A stretch of 41,106 nucleotides of DNA from Bacteriovoracaceae bacterium (GCA_018649885.1 JABIHA010000038.1:1-41106), one strand, 5' to 3'; shown: positions 29,819-37,878, counted from the stretch's first letter. Numbers and translations are program-made. The notes: generated from the letters alone by a model not told the origin.

Positions 29819-30406
29819 TTACTCAATGATAATATCTAAGTGATGTAAAAGCCTGAGGACATCTGAAGAAGAAAACTTAGCATGTTTTAATTTAGAGTAT
29901 CTGGGGTCAATTGAATAATCGCGGGCCCCACGAAAATCACAAGCAGTGAGGTCAGCTCCGCTAAAGAAGGCCTCATCAAGATTTGATTTTGTAAAATTGG
30001 CCCCTCTTAGAATTGATTGTGAAAAATCCACATGCTTAAGGGAGCAGTTTTCGAAAGTTGTAGAGTTGAGATCCATTTCTTGAAAAACACTGTGATCAAC
30101 TTTACAATTTTTAAAAACGAGAGACCTTGTAGAACTACACAGGGTAAAGTTCACACCAACTAATTTACAGTTAATAAAACTTACCTCAAGTAGTTGACTG
30201 CCTGTGAGTTGAGATAGGGAGAGATCACAATTTTCAAACACTACCTCTTCAAGCCTAAGACGCCTAAGACAGGTCCCATGAAAATTACAGTCAATAAATT
30301 TGCAGTCCACAAACTCTTTATCAATTAAGATATCACCTGGAAGAGAAATCCCTTTAAAGATTTCATCTTCATGGCTTTTATCATTTATTAGAATTTGTTT
30401 TTGCAA
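29819..30406 (-). CDS. Pentapeptide-repeat protein
   Basis: Continuous [A/C/S]-[D/N]-[L/F]-x-x repeats (CDLSL SQLTG, VDFSQ SILRG ANFTK SNLDE AFFSG ADLTA CDFRG). Confidence 0.92.
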   Translation of the reverse strand: MQKQILINDKSHEDEIFKGISLPGDILIDKEFVDCKFIDCNFHGTCLRRLRLEEVVFENCDLSLSQLTGSQLLEVSFINCKLVGVNFTLCSSTRSLVFKNCKVDHSVFQEMDLNSTTFENCSLKHVDFSQSILRGANFTKSNLDEAFFSGADLTACDFRGARDYSIDPRYSKLKHAKFSSSDVLRLLHHLDIIIE

Positions 30407-30539
30407 AAGATAATCCTTATTTCATTAAGATCACTAACGCTTATCATAAAAATGGTCAAAGAGTAACCAAAGTGGTCCCACATTGATTTTGTGGTGCTGC
30501 ATCAAGTGCAACAAATAGCTAAATTTACATTTTGGATTC

Positions 30540-30555
30540 TGGTCCTAAATTTGCA
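30540..30555 (+). promoter_or_regulatory. Putative sigma54 promoter
   Basis: TGGTCC-TAAAT-TTGCA with exact GG-N10-GC spacing. Confidence 0.5.
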
Positions 30556-30690
30556 CATGTTTACTCAAGGGTTAAAACGGGGGACAAATGAAACACACAA
30601 AATTCAAAACATAGTACAAAACATTAGCTCACTTATAATTTTTCAGAAAGCTCGGATTCGATATTATTCTCTTCTCTCCTTCTGAGCTTT

Positions 30691-30740
30691 AGGGGCCTAA
30701 TGTAGATCTTTTTTGCACTAGGTCCCCTTTATTCTTTTAT
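30691..30740 (+). terminator. Terminator-like hairpin
   Basis: AGGGGCCTA...TAGGTCCCCT imperfect stem followed by TTATTCTTTT on the + strand. Confidence 0.55.
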
Positions 30741-30749
30741 AAAAAACTT

Positions 30750-31328
30750 CTAGAAATACACTCCAAGTCCAGCGTAAGTACTCAAAAAATATCCTGTCAC
30801 ATTCATGTTTGAACCTGTATTTGCTTTTTCCCTATCCTCTAAAACATATTCACTTCTAGCGTCGACAAAAATTTCAAATGAGCCGATGGGAAAACCCAAT
30901 CCAAGAGTCAGCTGAAAAGCAGGTCGTACAGACTTCTCTCTGATGGCCCAGTCCGGAACTCTTACATTGGTAATGACCCAACTCATTCCCGGAGTAATTC
31001 TAAAAAGCCAAAATCTTATAGGAATATAAAGCCAATCCCAGGAGTAGCGGTCATAGGAAAAATTTCTGACATTGTTTTTGTCTTTGAACTGAGAAAATGT
31101 AAAATCGAAGCCAATACCAGCTGCACTTAGCCATTTTATTTTTGGAAGCTTAGCACCTCCAAAAAGTTTGATCCTTGCCATCCATCCATCAGTAAGCCTG
31201 CCATGGAGTTGTCCTGACCCCCAAGACGGTCCATAGGATCCCTCAACATGCGCTGTTAAGTCGGCCTTACTATGACCTGCCCCACACAATATCATTAAGC
31301 ATAGTGTTAAAAAGAAAACTTTTGCCAC
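30750..31328 (-). CDS. Small outer-membrane beta-barrel protein
   Basis: Signal peptide; about 8 amphipathic strands; C-terminal YAGLGVYF; AGG RBS before GTG. Confidence 0.7.
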   Translation of the reverse strand: MAKVFFLTLCLMILCGAGHSKADLTAHVEGSYGPSWGSGQLHGRLTDGWMARIKLFGGAKLPKIKWLSAAGIGFDFTFSQFKDKNNVRNFSYDRYSWDWLYIPIRFWLFRITPGMSWVITNVRVPDWAIREKSVRPAFQLTLGLGFPIGSFEIFVDARSEYVLEDREKANTGSNMNVTGYFLSTYAGLGVYF

Positions 31329-31415
31329 CTATTAATCCTTGGTATGTAGTGAGTTTAAACATTTACAAATATTTATGGGCCAGGCCATAATTTTTTGTCA
31401 TCAGGAGCTAGAAAA

Positions 31416-32336
31416 ATGAAATTAGGACTTATCTTATTTTTGATCATTCCATTTCATAGTCTTTTTGCCTCCGAAATGGACTCTATCACTCGTCGCTACG
31501 AAAGCATTTCAGACTCGCTACTTTTTTTCAATGATCACATGAACACAAAAATTGCCCACATCATAAATAAGGCCAATGAAGAAGACGTTTGCAGCCTGGA
31601 CACCTTAGACAAGTGGACAAGAAAAACTCTTACAGCAAGGGTTGATAAAGTTTTTATTTTCTCACCACTTCAACTGATTGCAGATAAATCAAACAAAATC
31701 GACAAACTTCACATCAAATTCAAAGATTCTATTTACAAATATGTCTCCTTCTTAGAATCCCCTGTTCTACAAACCTTTCCTCTTGCTCCTCTGATTAGTT
31801 TAAATGGCCATCTCATTGGAAGTGATAAATTTTCTCATTTTTTAAACTTGGGTTACGAATATTTCTGGAGAATGCAAAAGGGTGACGATTTAGAAAACGT
31901 TTTAAACTACTCTAAATTTCTTGAAAAATATTTTTGGGGTGGAATCAGCACAGGGATCATTTCTCACGCCGATCTTGTGGCCAACCTTCAAGGCCTTCGC
32001 TTTTTCGGAAGGTTCTTTTCTAAAGGCGTTGACCCTTTAACAGGAGATGACAACTCCCTCAGAGCTTACCTCGACTGCCGTGGAAATAAGTGGGTACAAC
32101 TTAGAGAATTTGACTTTTCTGAGTACGTTGATCAAGGCTGGGATGAAGGTCAAAATTGTAATGCCTACAGAACCAAGAGAATCACGAGGAAAGTCAAAAG
32201 GGCCATCAAAGAACTAGAGAGACGCTCAGGAAAAAACTACTCTTGTCCTATAGTCCCCACCACTTGCAAAGCACTAAAAATTAAGTACTCTAATGTAATG
32301 AAGCTTATCCTCTCTCCCGAATGTCTAGGCAGTTAA
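31416..32336 (+). CDS. Secreted hypothetical protein
   Basis: ATG 31416 with AGGAG RBS; signal peptide; IGSDKFSHF and SHADLVAN segments; multiple Cys. Confidence 0.75.
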   Translation: MKLGLILFLIIPFHSLFASEMDSITRRYESISDSLLFFNDHMNTKIAHIINKANEEDVCSLDTLDKWTRKTLTARVDKVFIFSPLQLIADKSNKIDKLHIKFKDSIYKYVSFLESPVLQTFPLAPLISLNGHLIGSDKFSHFLNLGYEYFWRMQKGDDLENVLNYSKFLEKYFWGGISTGIISHADLVANLQGLRFFGRFFSKGVDPLTGDDNSLRAYLDCRGNKWVQLREFDFSEYVDQGWDEGQNCNAYRTKRITRKVKRAIKELERRSGKNYSCPIVPTTCKALKIKYSNVMKLILSPECLGS

Positions 32337-32420
32337 ACCTACTTTTATTTTGTGCGAATGACTCTAAAGCCTATATATTGACTCACTCCCTGTGGTCATA
32401 GGGATCTATCAGCAGTTGTG

Positions 32421-33563
32421 CTACCTAAATTTTAATATGAGAGAGCCATAAACATCATTTTCTATTGGTAGGCCTTCGGTTTGACCGATCAAATCTCCAC
32501 GCAGTGCCATTCCGGCGCTCAGGGAAAAGTACAAAGTTGTACCCTCTGACAATTTGGCCACCTGAAAGTCTAACCTGGCATGGGTTTCAACCACCCAATA
32601 ATCTAAATCCGTAAGAGAGTAAACAAACCAAATATCAAACATTCCCCACAGATTCTCAAAAAGTTTTACTTTTGAGAGTAGTGGAACTTTTCCTTCGAGC
32701 TTGACTCGATAGGAAAGAATCAGATTGTCATCTTGTGCAGTATCATCAGCGTGAACTATCGTTCGTCTTCCCAGTGCTGCACTTATAGAAACTTCTTCTG
32801 GATTAAAATGCGTTAGGGCATCAAACTCAACTCCCCCAAGCTCAGTAAACTGAAAAGCAACATTTTCATCGAGATCTCTTTTGAGGCTTTCACTTACAAA
32901 TATTGCCCACTTTTGATTTTTAAGTATAACTTTATAGATGATACTTTGGTTAATCTCAGCATCTGCAATTTGAGAAGATCCATCAAACTCAGCGCCTATA
33001 GTGCCAGAAATTGAGTGATCACCCCATCTTTTTGAAAACTTTGTTTTTACTTTGGCATTGAAATCAGATTCAGGTACTTTTTTTCCTGTTAAATTACCAT
33101 CTTCATCCACTTCATCAACCAAAGTGACATCACTGTCAACTGAGGCCTGTAAATCAAAGGTGAAAGGGTTTTGGTCTACCTCAGGAGGGGCTACCGCCAC
33201 AACCATAGGAATTCCCTTAAAGGCCATAATATGCACTCGAATATTATCTCGAAGTTGGATCTCTCCATCCGCATCCACAACCTCCTGGCATAATTCAGTT
33301 TTATATCCCAAAATATAATAGGCCAATGTTTCATAGTCATTATCATGATCAGGAAATCTTTCGGCCATCTCGGTTGTTAACTTATAGACTTTTTGCCAAT
33401 CATCACAATTTGAAATTGAAAGATACTCTGTTCCTGGAGCAGCTTCAGCAATTCTTGAAGTTGATTTCTTATACTGTGATTTGGTTTCTACGAAAGGGCC
33501 TGAAAAGGCAGCTGAAATTTGAAAAACCAATAGTGATAATACTACCAAAACGTAGCTGTTCAT
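32421..33563 (-). CDS. Outer-membrane protein: N-terminal soluble domain plus DUF481-like beta-barrel
   Basis: GAGGAGGA RBS; signal peptide; C-terminal about 240 aa of alternating strands ending YGSLILKFR. Confidence 0.6.
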   Translation of the reverse strand: MNSYVLVVLSLLVFQISAAFSGPFVETKSQYKKSTSRIAEAAPGTEYLSISNCDDWQKVYKLTTEMAERFPDHDNDYETLAYYILGYKTELCQEVVDADGEIQLRDNIRVHIMAFKGIPMVVAVAPPEVDQNPFTFDLQASVDSDVTLVDEVDEDGNLTGKKVPESDFNAKVKTKFSKRWGDHSISGTIGAEFDGSSQIADAEINQSIIYKVILKNQKWAIFVSESLKRDLDENVAFQFTELGGVEFDALTHFNPEEVSISAALGRRTIVHADDTAQDDNLILSYRVKLEGKVPLLSKVKLFENLWGMFDIWFVYSLTDLDYWVVETHARLDFQVAKLSEGTTLYFSLSAGMALRGDLIGQTEGLPIENDVYGSLILKFR

Positions 33564-33728
33564 GAAAATCCTCCTCAGAATTTATGTATAATAGTGCATA
33601 GATTCCCTAACGCGCAGCACAGCCCATGTCAACAACTCCCTCCCAAATCGTTCCAATCACTTAAGGCCTGTGTTTATTAAGAAATTTTTACCGAGTTTAT
33701 TGATAGGATGTTACACCAGTCAGGAAAA

Positions 33729-33761
33729 GGATTTTCACTGTATAAATTACAAATAAAATCC
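33729..33761. promoter_or_regulatory. Interrupted palindrome, candidate activator binding site
   Basis: GGATTTT-cac-TGTA-taaat-TACA-aat-AAAATCC, about 85-115 bp upstream of a sigma54 element. Confidence 0.4.
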
Positions 33762-33843
33762 ATTCACTTTTCACTAACTTTTATCCAGTTTTTCAAATTG
33801 TTCAATTCAACTGACGTATTTCAAAGCTTTATATCAATTTTTT

Positions 33844-33859
33844 TGGCACCTCACTTGCT
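33844..33859 (+). promoter_or_regulatory. Sigma54 promoter of the subtilisin gene
   Basis: TGGCAC-CTCAC-TTGCT is a perfect match to TGGCAC-N5-TTGCW. Confidence 0.8.
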
Positions 33860-33901
33860 TATTACTTGGGAAGTAAATCACTACCCCGAGAGGAGAATTT
33901 C

Positions 33902-35032
33902 ATGTCAACAAAACTTATTTGTGCTGTTATGGCCTTCACTGTTTGTTCTAGTTTGTTTGCAAAAAGATTTGTCGTTAGAGGTCATGACCTTGAAGCTATA
34001 AAAAATGAGATTAATCATGAGAGGGGAAATCTTCAACACCAATTAAAGAGACATCAGGCCGTTATTGCCAATTTTGATGATGCAACAGCAGGACGGTTAA
34101 GGGCCAAATTTGGCGCCAATATAAAAATCGAAGAGGATATCCTCGTTCACATTAATGCCAAACCACAAAACCCAGGAGGTGGGAAAAAAGGTGGTGGAGA
34201 CACCCCAAGTGCACAACCACCACAAGAAACACCGTGGGGTATTTCACACATTGGGGCCCCTAGTGCTTTTTCAATCACTAGAGGTTACGGAGCCATTGTA
34301 TGCATTGTAGATACTGGAATTGAGGAAAATCATCCCGATCTCGTTGACAATGTTATAGGTGGAGAAAATTTTGTGGTTAAAAAAGGCAGAATCGATCCTC
34401 TAGGGTTTAATGATGACAATGGACACGGTACCCATGTAGCTGGGACAATAGCAGCACTTGATAATGAAATTGGAGTTATAGGTGTTGCACCCAATGCCTC
34501 AATATTTGCTGTTAAAGCACTAGATAAGAGAGGTTCTGGATATACTTCAGCTATCGCTGATGGTGTCACAAGTTGTGTGGCCAATGGTGCCCATGTGATT
34601 AACTTGTCTCTTGGAAGCTCATCAGGTAGTTCTATCTTACACGACGCCATTATTGATGCAGTAAATGCGGGAGTTCATGTGATAGCAGCTGCCGGTAATG
34701 ATGGATCAAATGCAGTCTCCTACCCAGCTGCCTTTGCAGAAACCATTGCAGTTTCTGCCATCGACTCTTCAAATAACTTGGCCTATTTTTCAAACTACGG
34801 ATCACAAATCAATTACGCAGCACCCGGCGTTGGTATTAAATCGACGGTCCCAGGCGGCTCATATGATGTATTTAATGGAACTTCTATGGCCACTCCACAC
34901 GTTGTAGGAGTAGTGGCATTAATGGTTTCTTCAGGAGAGTCCCAACTAGGCTCTACTGATATTGGCCTCACTCCAGATAAACAAGGAAATGGACTTATAA
35001 GCGCAGACCTTACTGTGAACCCTCTCCCATAA
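33902..35032 (+). CDS. Secreted S8 subtilisin-like serine protease
   Basis: Signal peptide, I9-like propeptide, catalytic triad VDTG / HGTHVAG / GTSMATPHV, oxyanion AAGN; ATG 33902 with GAGGAG RBS. Confidence 0.96.
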   Translation: MSTKLICAVMAFTVCSSLFAKRFVVRGHDLEAIKNEINHERGNLQHQLKRHQAVIANFDDATAGRLRAKFGANIKIEEDILVHINAKPQNPGGGKKGGGDTPSAQPPQETPWGISHIGAPSAFSITRGYGAIVCIVDTGIEENHPDLVDNVIGGENFVVKKGRIDPLGFNDDNGHGTHVAGTIAALDNEIGVIGVAPNASIFAVKALDKRGSGYTSAIADGVTSCVANGAHVINLSLGSSSGSSILHDAIIDAVNAGVHVIAAAGNDGSNAVSYPAAFAETIAVSAIDSSNNLAYFSNYGSQINYAAPGVGIKSTVPGGSYDVFNGTSMATPHVVGVVALMVSSGESQLGSTDIGLTPDKQGNGLISADLTVNPLP

Positions 35033-35039
35033 AATAATT

Positions 35040-35076
35040 GAGAGTGCTCTCATCAAATTTGATAGCGCTCTCTTTT
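35040..35076 (+). terminator. Probable terminator after the subtilisin gene
   Basis: GAGAGTGCT...AGCGCTCTC stem (one G-U pair) with an inner ATCA/TGAT pairing, followed by TTTT. Confidence 0.6.
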
Positions 35077-35336
35077 AATAATCCTCGTAATATAAATTAA
35101 ATGTAAGAAGTTAGTATTTTTCCACAAACTCATTTCAAACCAGTATTTTTTCCTTAGATAAAAATAAACCAAATAAAATTGGGTAGTTACAGCTCAATTG
35201 GAACTCATTGTTTCAGCAGTCATTCGCGAAGCGTCCAGCAAAAATAAGACTTAACTACTCGGGATGGCCCATCATATAATTTCTCCCTAATTGTGAAACA
35301 AAATGGATTTAAAATAGCTCATGGGAGGGCAACACG

Positions 35337-37535
35337 ATGAAATTCTTATGCATACTAATGCTCACACTCTCTTTTTCGTTGATGGCCGCGGCACCAGATA
35401 TGACCACGCTCAAGACAGCAGGAAGAATTATCCACTCCGAAGTGGCCGGCTTCGCAACTGATCACGCTTGGGAGAAAACCACCAAAGTGATGAAAGATTT
35501 AAAAATCTTTGATGCCCAGGTGAATAGAATGATGCAAATTCTTTGCTCTCCTGAAACCAATAAATCGGTTCTTCTTGTGGGTGAGGCCAATGATACCTAT
35601 AAATATTTCTTTTCTAGACTTGCTATGATGGATCCACTATCTGGATGTACAAAATTTTCTCACGTTGATTTTGAAGTCAGCAAGCTCCAAGGTTATATGT
35701 ACGTGGGCACCACTGAAAAGAAGTGGCAAGACCTCATTGAGAAAACAAGCTATGACAAAGATGTAGTTTTATATTTTAACAACCTGAGAAGATTGATCGG
35801 CATTGGAACAAGCTCTAATAAATCGGTCGGCATTGAATCAACTCTCGCAACAGCGATCGCTAGTGGAAAACTTAAGGTCGCCTCATATATGAACAAATAT
35901 GATTACAATGAATTGATCAGATCACGTCATGCTTACGTCCTCGACGCCTTTCAAGAGGTGATTCAAATCCAAGATATCACTATGGCCCAGGTAGACCTGC
36001 TAGTGGATAAGTACCTTGCTGTTCATGGACCCCACTTAAAGCTTTCTGATGAAACAGCATTTTATATGTATAAGAAAATTGAATATTTTCAGCCCAATAT
36101 TGAAGAGCCACAAAGGACCATGGATATTTTAAGAACAATCATGGACCGCTTTAAAATGAAAAATGAGTATTTTGCCTCCACGGCCAGAACTGATAAGCCT
36201 TATAAGGCCAATGAAAATAAAACTTTTGTCGTAGAAAAAGCAGGAGCCGTTTCATTAAAATTATACTTTGAATACTTTCAAACTGATTATTCAGATACAC
36301 TTACAATTTATGATGGAAACACAGGTACTGTTTTAGATAAATTCCAAGGCAGATTAGGAAAATTTGCTTCTAAAGAATACACCACTAGTAAACTAAAGCT
36401 GGTCTTTAAATCAAATGGGTCTTATCAAGGCGATGGATTTAAAATTGCCAATGTCATGGCCCGTGTACAACCTACAGGTTACGACATTACAAAAGAAGAT
36501 GTCAGAATGGCGATCTTCAAAAGAGTTCAAGTTCCAAGATGGATTATTGATAGAGATTACTCTCTAGTGAGAAACCTTAGAACGCTTCTTGATAAAGATG
36601 TTGTGGGAGTTCTTGAGGGTAAGAAAGCTGTCATTAGATCTGTCAGAATTGGATATGTCAGTGGCAGAACCGATGAAAAGCCAGCAGGAACAATTCTATT
36701 TGTTGGCCCAACTGGTACAGGGAAAAGTTATATCGCCAAAAAAGCTGCCGAGTATATGCAGATGAAAACCATTACCATGGACATGACTCAATATGCGACA
36801 TCAGAAAGTTTTGACCGCTTTGTCACTACAATGTCCAACTACCTTGTACTCTATCCATACGCCGTATACCTATTTGAAGAAATTGATAAGGCCAACCCCA
36901 GAGTTCTCGATCGTCTTTATTTTATGATGGATGAAGGTATTTTTTACGATAAAAACCAAAGGCCTCTATTTGCTAGAGGAGCGATGCTCTACATGACCAC
37001 AAATGCCGGTCACAAATTAATTATCAAAGAAAAGGATAATCCAAAACTTAAAACCTTAGTCCACCAAGAATTGCAAAAATACTATAGACCAAGTTTTTTA
37101 AATCGATTTGATAGCATTCCGATTTTCAAACCTTTCTCTCCAGCAGAGTACAAGCAACTTGCAAAAATCATGGTGACTAAGAAACTTCAAAAATTAAAAG
37201 AGCACTATGACTGGAAACTTGATGTGGACGATGCCACCATGGATTTTATTGCCAAAAATGGTGGAAGTGATCTCTACGGAGCAAGACCTATGGAGAGACT
37301 CATTGACAGCGTTATTGCTATGGGAATTTCAGAGTACCAAATTATGGTTGGAACTATTGCATACGGTGCACAGATTAGTATTTCTAAGCTTGCAAGAGGT
37401 GCTACTGCTTTTAAAGTCAGTGTTAGCGGAAGATCAAGTGTCGAGTTTGAGGTAGACCTGGACAATAATTCAGGACTGCACAGCTACACTGATCCAATCA
37501 TTTTAAGCTTGCTTGCCAGTGTTAAAGTCTTATAA
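35337..37535 (+). CDS. Atypical ClpA/ClpB-family AAA+ ATPase with signal peptide and inserted CUB-like domain
   Basis: NBD2: LFVGPTGTGKS, MDMTQY, LFEEIDKA, MTTNAG, RPSFLNRFD, GARPMER; NBD1-like region degenerate; CUB-like segment at about 36190-36450; GGGAGG RBS. Confidence 0.85.
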   Translation: MKFLCILMLTLSFSLMAAAPDMTTLKTAGRIIHSEVAGFATDHAWEKTTKVMKDLKIFDAQVNRMMQILCSPETNKSVLLVGEANDTYKYFFSRLAMMDPLSGCTKFSHVDFEVSKLQGYMYVGTTEKKWQDLIEKTSYDKDVVLYFNNLRRLIGIGTSSNKSVGIESTLATAIASGKLKVASYMNKYDYNELIRSRHAYVLDAFQEVIQIQDITMAQVDLLVDKYLAVHGPHLKLSDETAFYMYKKIEYFQPNIEEPQRTMDILRTIMDRFKMKNEYFASTARTDKPYKANENKTFVVEKAGAVSLKLYFEYFQTDYSDTLTIYDGNTGTVLDKFQGRLGKFASKEYTTSKLKLVFKSNGSYQGDGFKIANVMARVQPTGYDITKEDVRMAIFKRVQVPRWIIDRDYSLVRNLRTLLDKDVVGVLEGKKAVIRSVRIGYVSGRTDEKPAGTILFVGPTGTGKSYIAKKAAEYMQMKTITMDMTQYATSESFDRFVTTMSNYLVLYPYAVYLFEEIDKANPRVLDRLYFMMDEGIFYDKNQRPLFARGAMLYMTTNAGHKLIIKEKDNPKLKTLVHQELQKYYRPSFLNRFDSIPIFKPFSPAEYKQLAKIMVTKKLQKLKEHYDWKLDVDDATMDFIAKNGGSDLYGARPMERLIDSVIAMGISEYQIMVGTIAYGAQISISKLARGATAFKVSVSGRSSVEFEVDLDNNSGLHSYTDPIILSLLASVKVL

Positions 37536-37557
37536 TTTTAAAACTATACTTTTGAAT

Positions 37558-37584
37558 AAGAGGGCCTTGTGCCCTCTTTTTTTT
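37558..37584 (+). terminator. Rho-independent terminator
   Basis: AAGAGGGC-cttgt-GCCCTCTT followed by a T-run. Confidence 0.8.
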
Positions 37585-37593
37585 GGAGAGAAA

Positions 37594-37878
37594 ATGAAAA
37601 AACTGATGATACTACTGCTTCTTTCGGCCTGTGCCTCAAACCCAGGCAAGCTTAGTGACGCCGGCGAAAAAGTTCGCACCCTTCCCAGCTCAAAAAATAC
37701 TGGCTGCAAGGTTGTAGACAAAGTAATTGGCGAGAGTGAGAAAGGCTCAGAAGAGCTTGCCACAAATCACGCTAGGAACTTAACGGCCGATGCCGATGGC
37801 GATGCCATGTATATTGACCAAGTGGTACCCAATGGAGCGATGATGAGAGTTTTCGCCACTGCTTATAAGTGCCGGTAA
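37594..37878 (+). CDS. Small lipoprotein, DUF4156-like
   Basis: ATG 37594 with GGAGAG RBS; lipobox LSAC; GC..V..V.G...A.N.ARN..A..DGD...AYKC pattern. Confidence 0.75.
   Translation: MKKLMILLLLSACASNPGKLSDAGEKVRTLPSSKNTGCKVVDKVIGESEKGSEELATNHARNLTADADGDAMYIDQVVPNGAMMRVFATAYKCR

Noticed and set aside
30491..30685. 64-aa ORF from the track
   Set aside because: No RBS at its GTG and it spans a promoter-like element; an sRNA or micropeptide reading fits better
32387..32404. Small hairpin between convergent genes
   Set aside because: Short stem with a G-U pair and no T-tract; too weak to call a terminator
35200..35336. c-di-GMP or other riboswitch upstream of the Clp-CUB gene
   Set aside because: Only short palindromes (e.g. 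GATGGCCCATC); conserved aptamer elements not found
35337..36150. Pseudogene interpretation of the degenerate NBD1
   Set aside because: The ORF is uninterrupted over 732 codons with strong RBS, terminator and intact NBD2 motifs
35337..37535. Calling the gene clpA, clpB or clpV (T6SS)
   Set aside because: No Clp N-domain, coiled-coil M-domain, GYVG loop or IGF loop, and no T6SS genes in the window
33902..37535. AAA-ATPase/S8 protease toxin-antitoxin or anti-phage pair
   Set aside because: Those systems are cytoplasmic with a single-domain ATPase upstream; here both proteins have signal peptides and the protease is a classical pro-subtilisin
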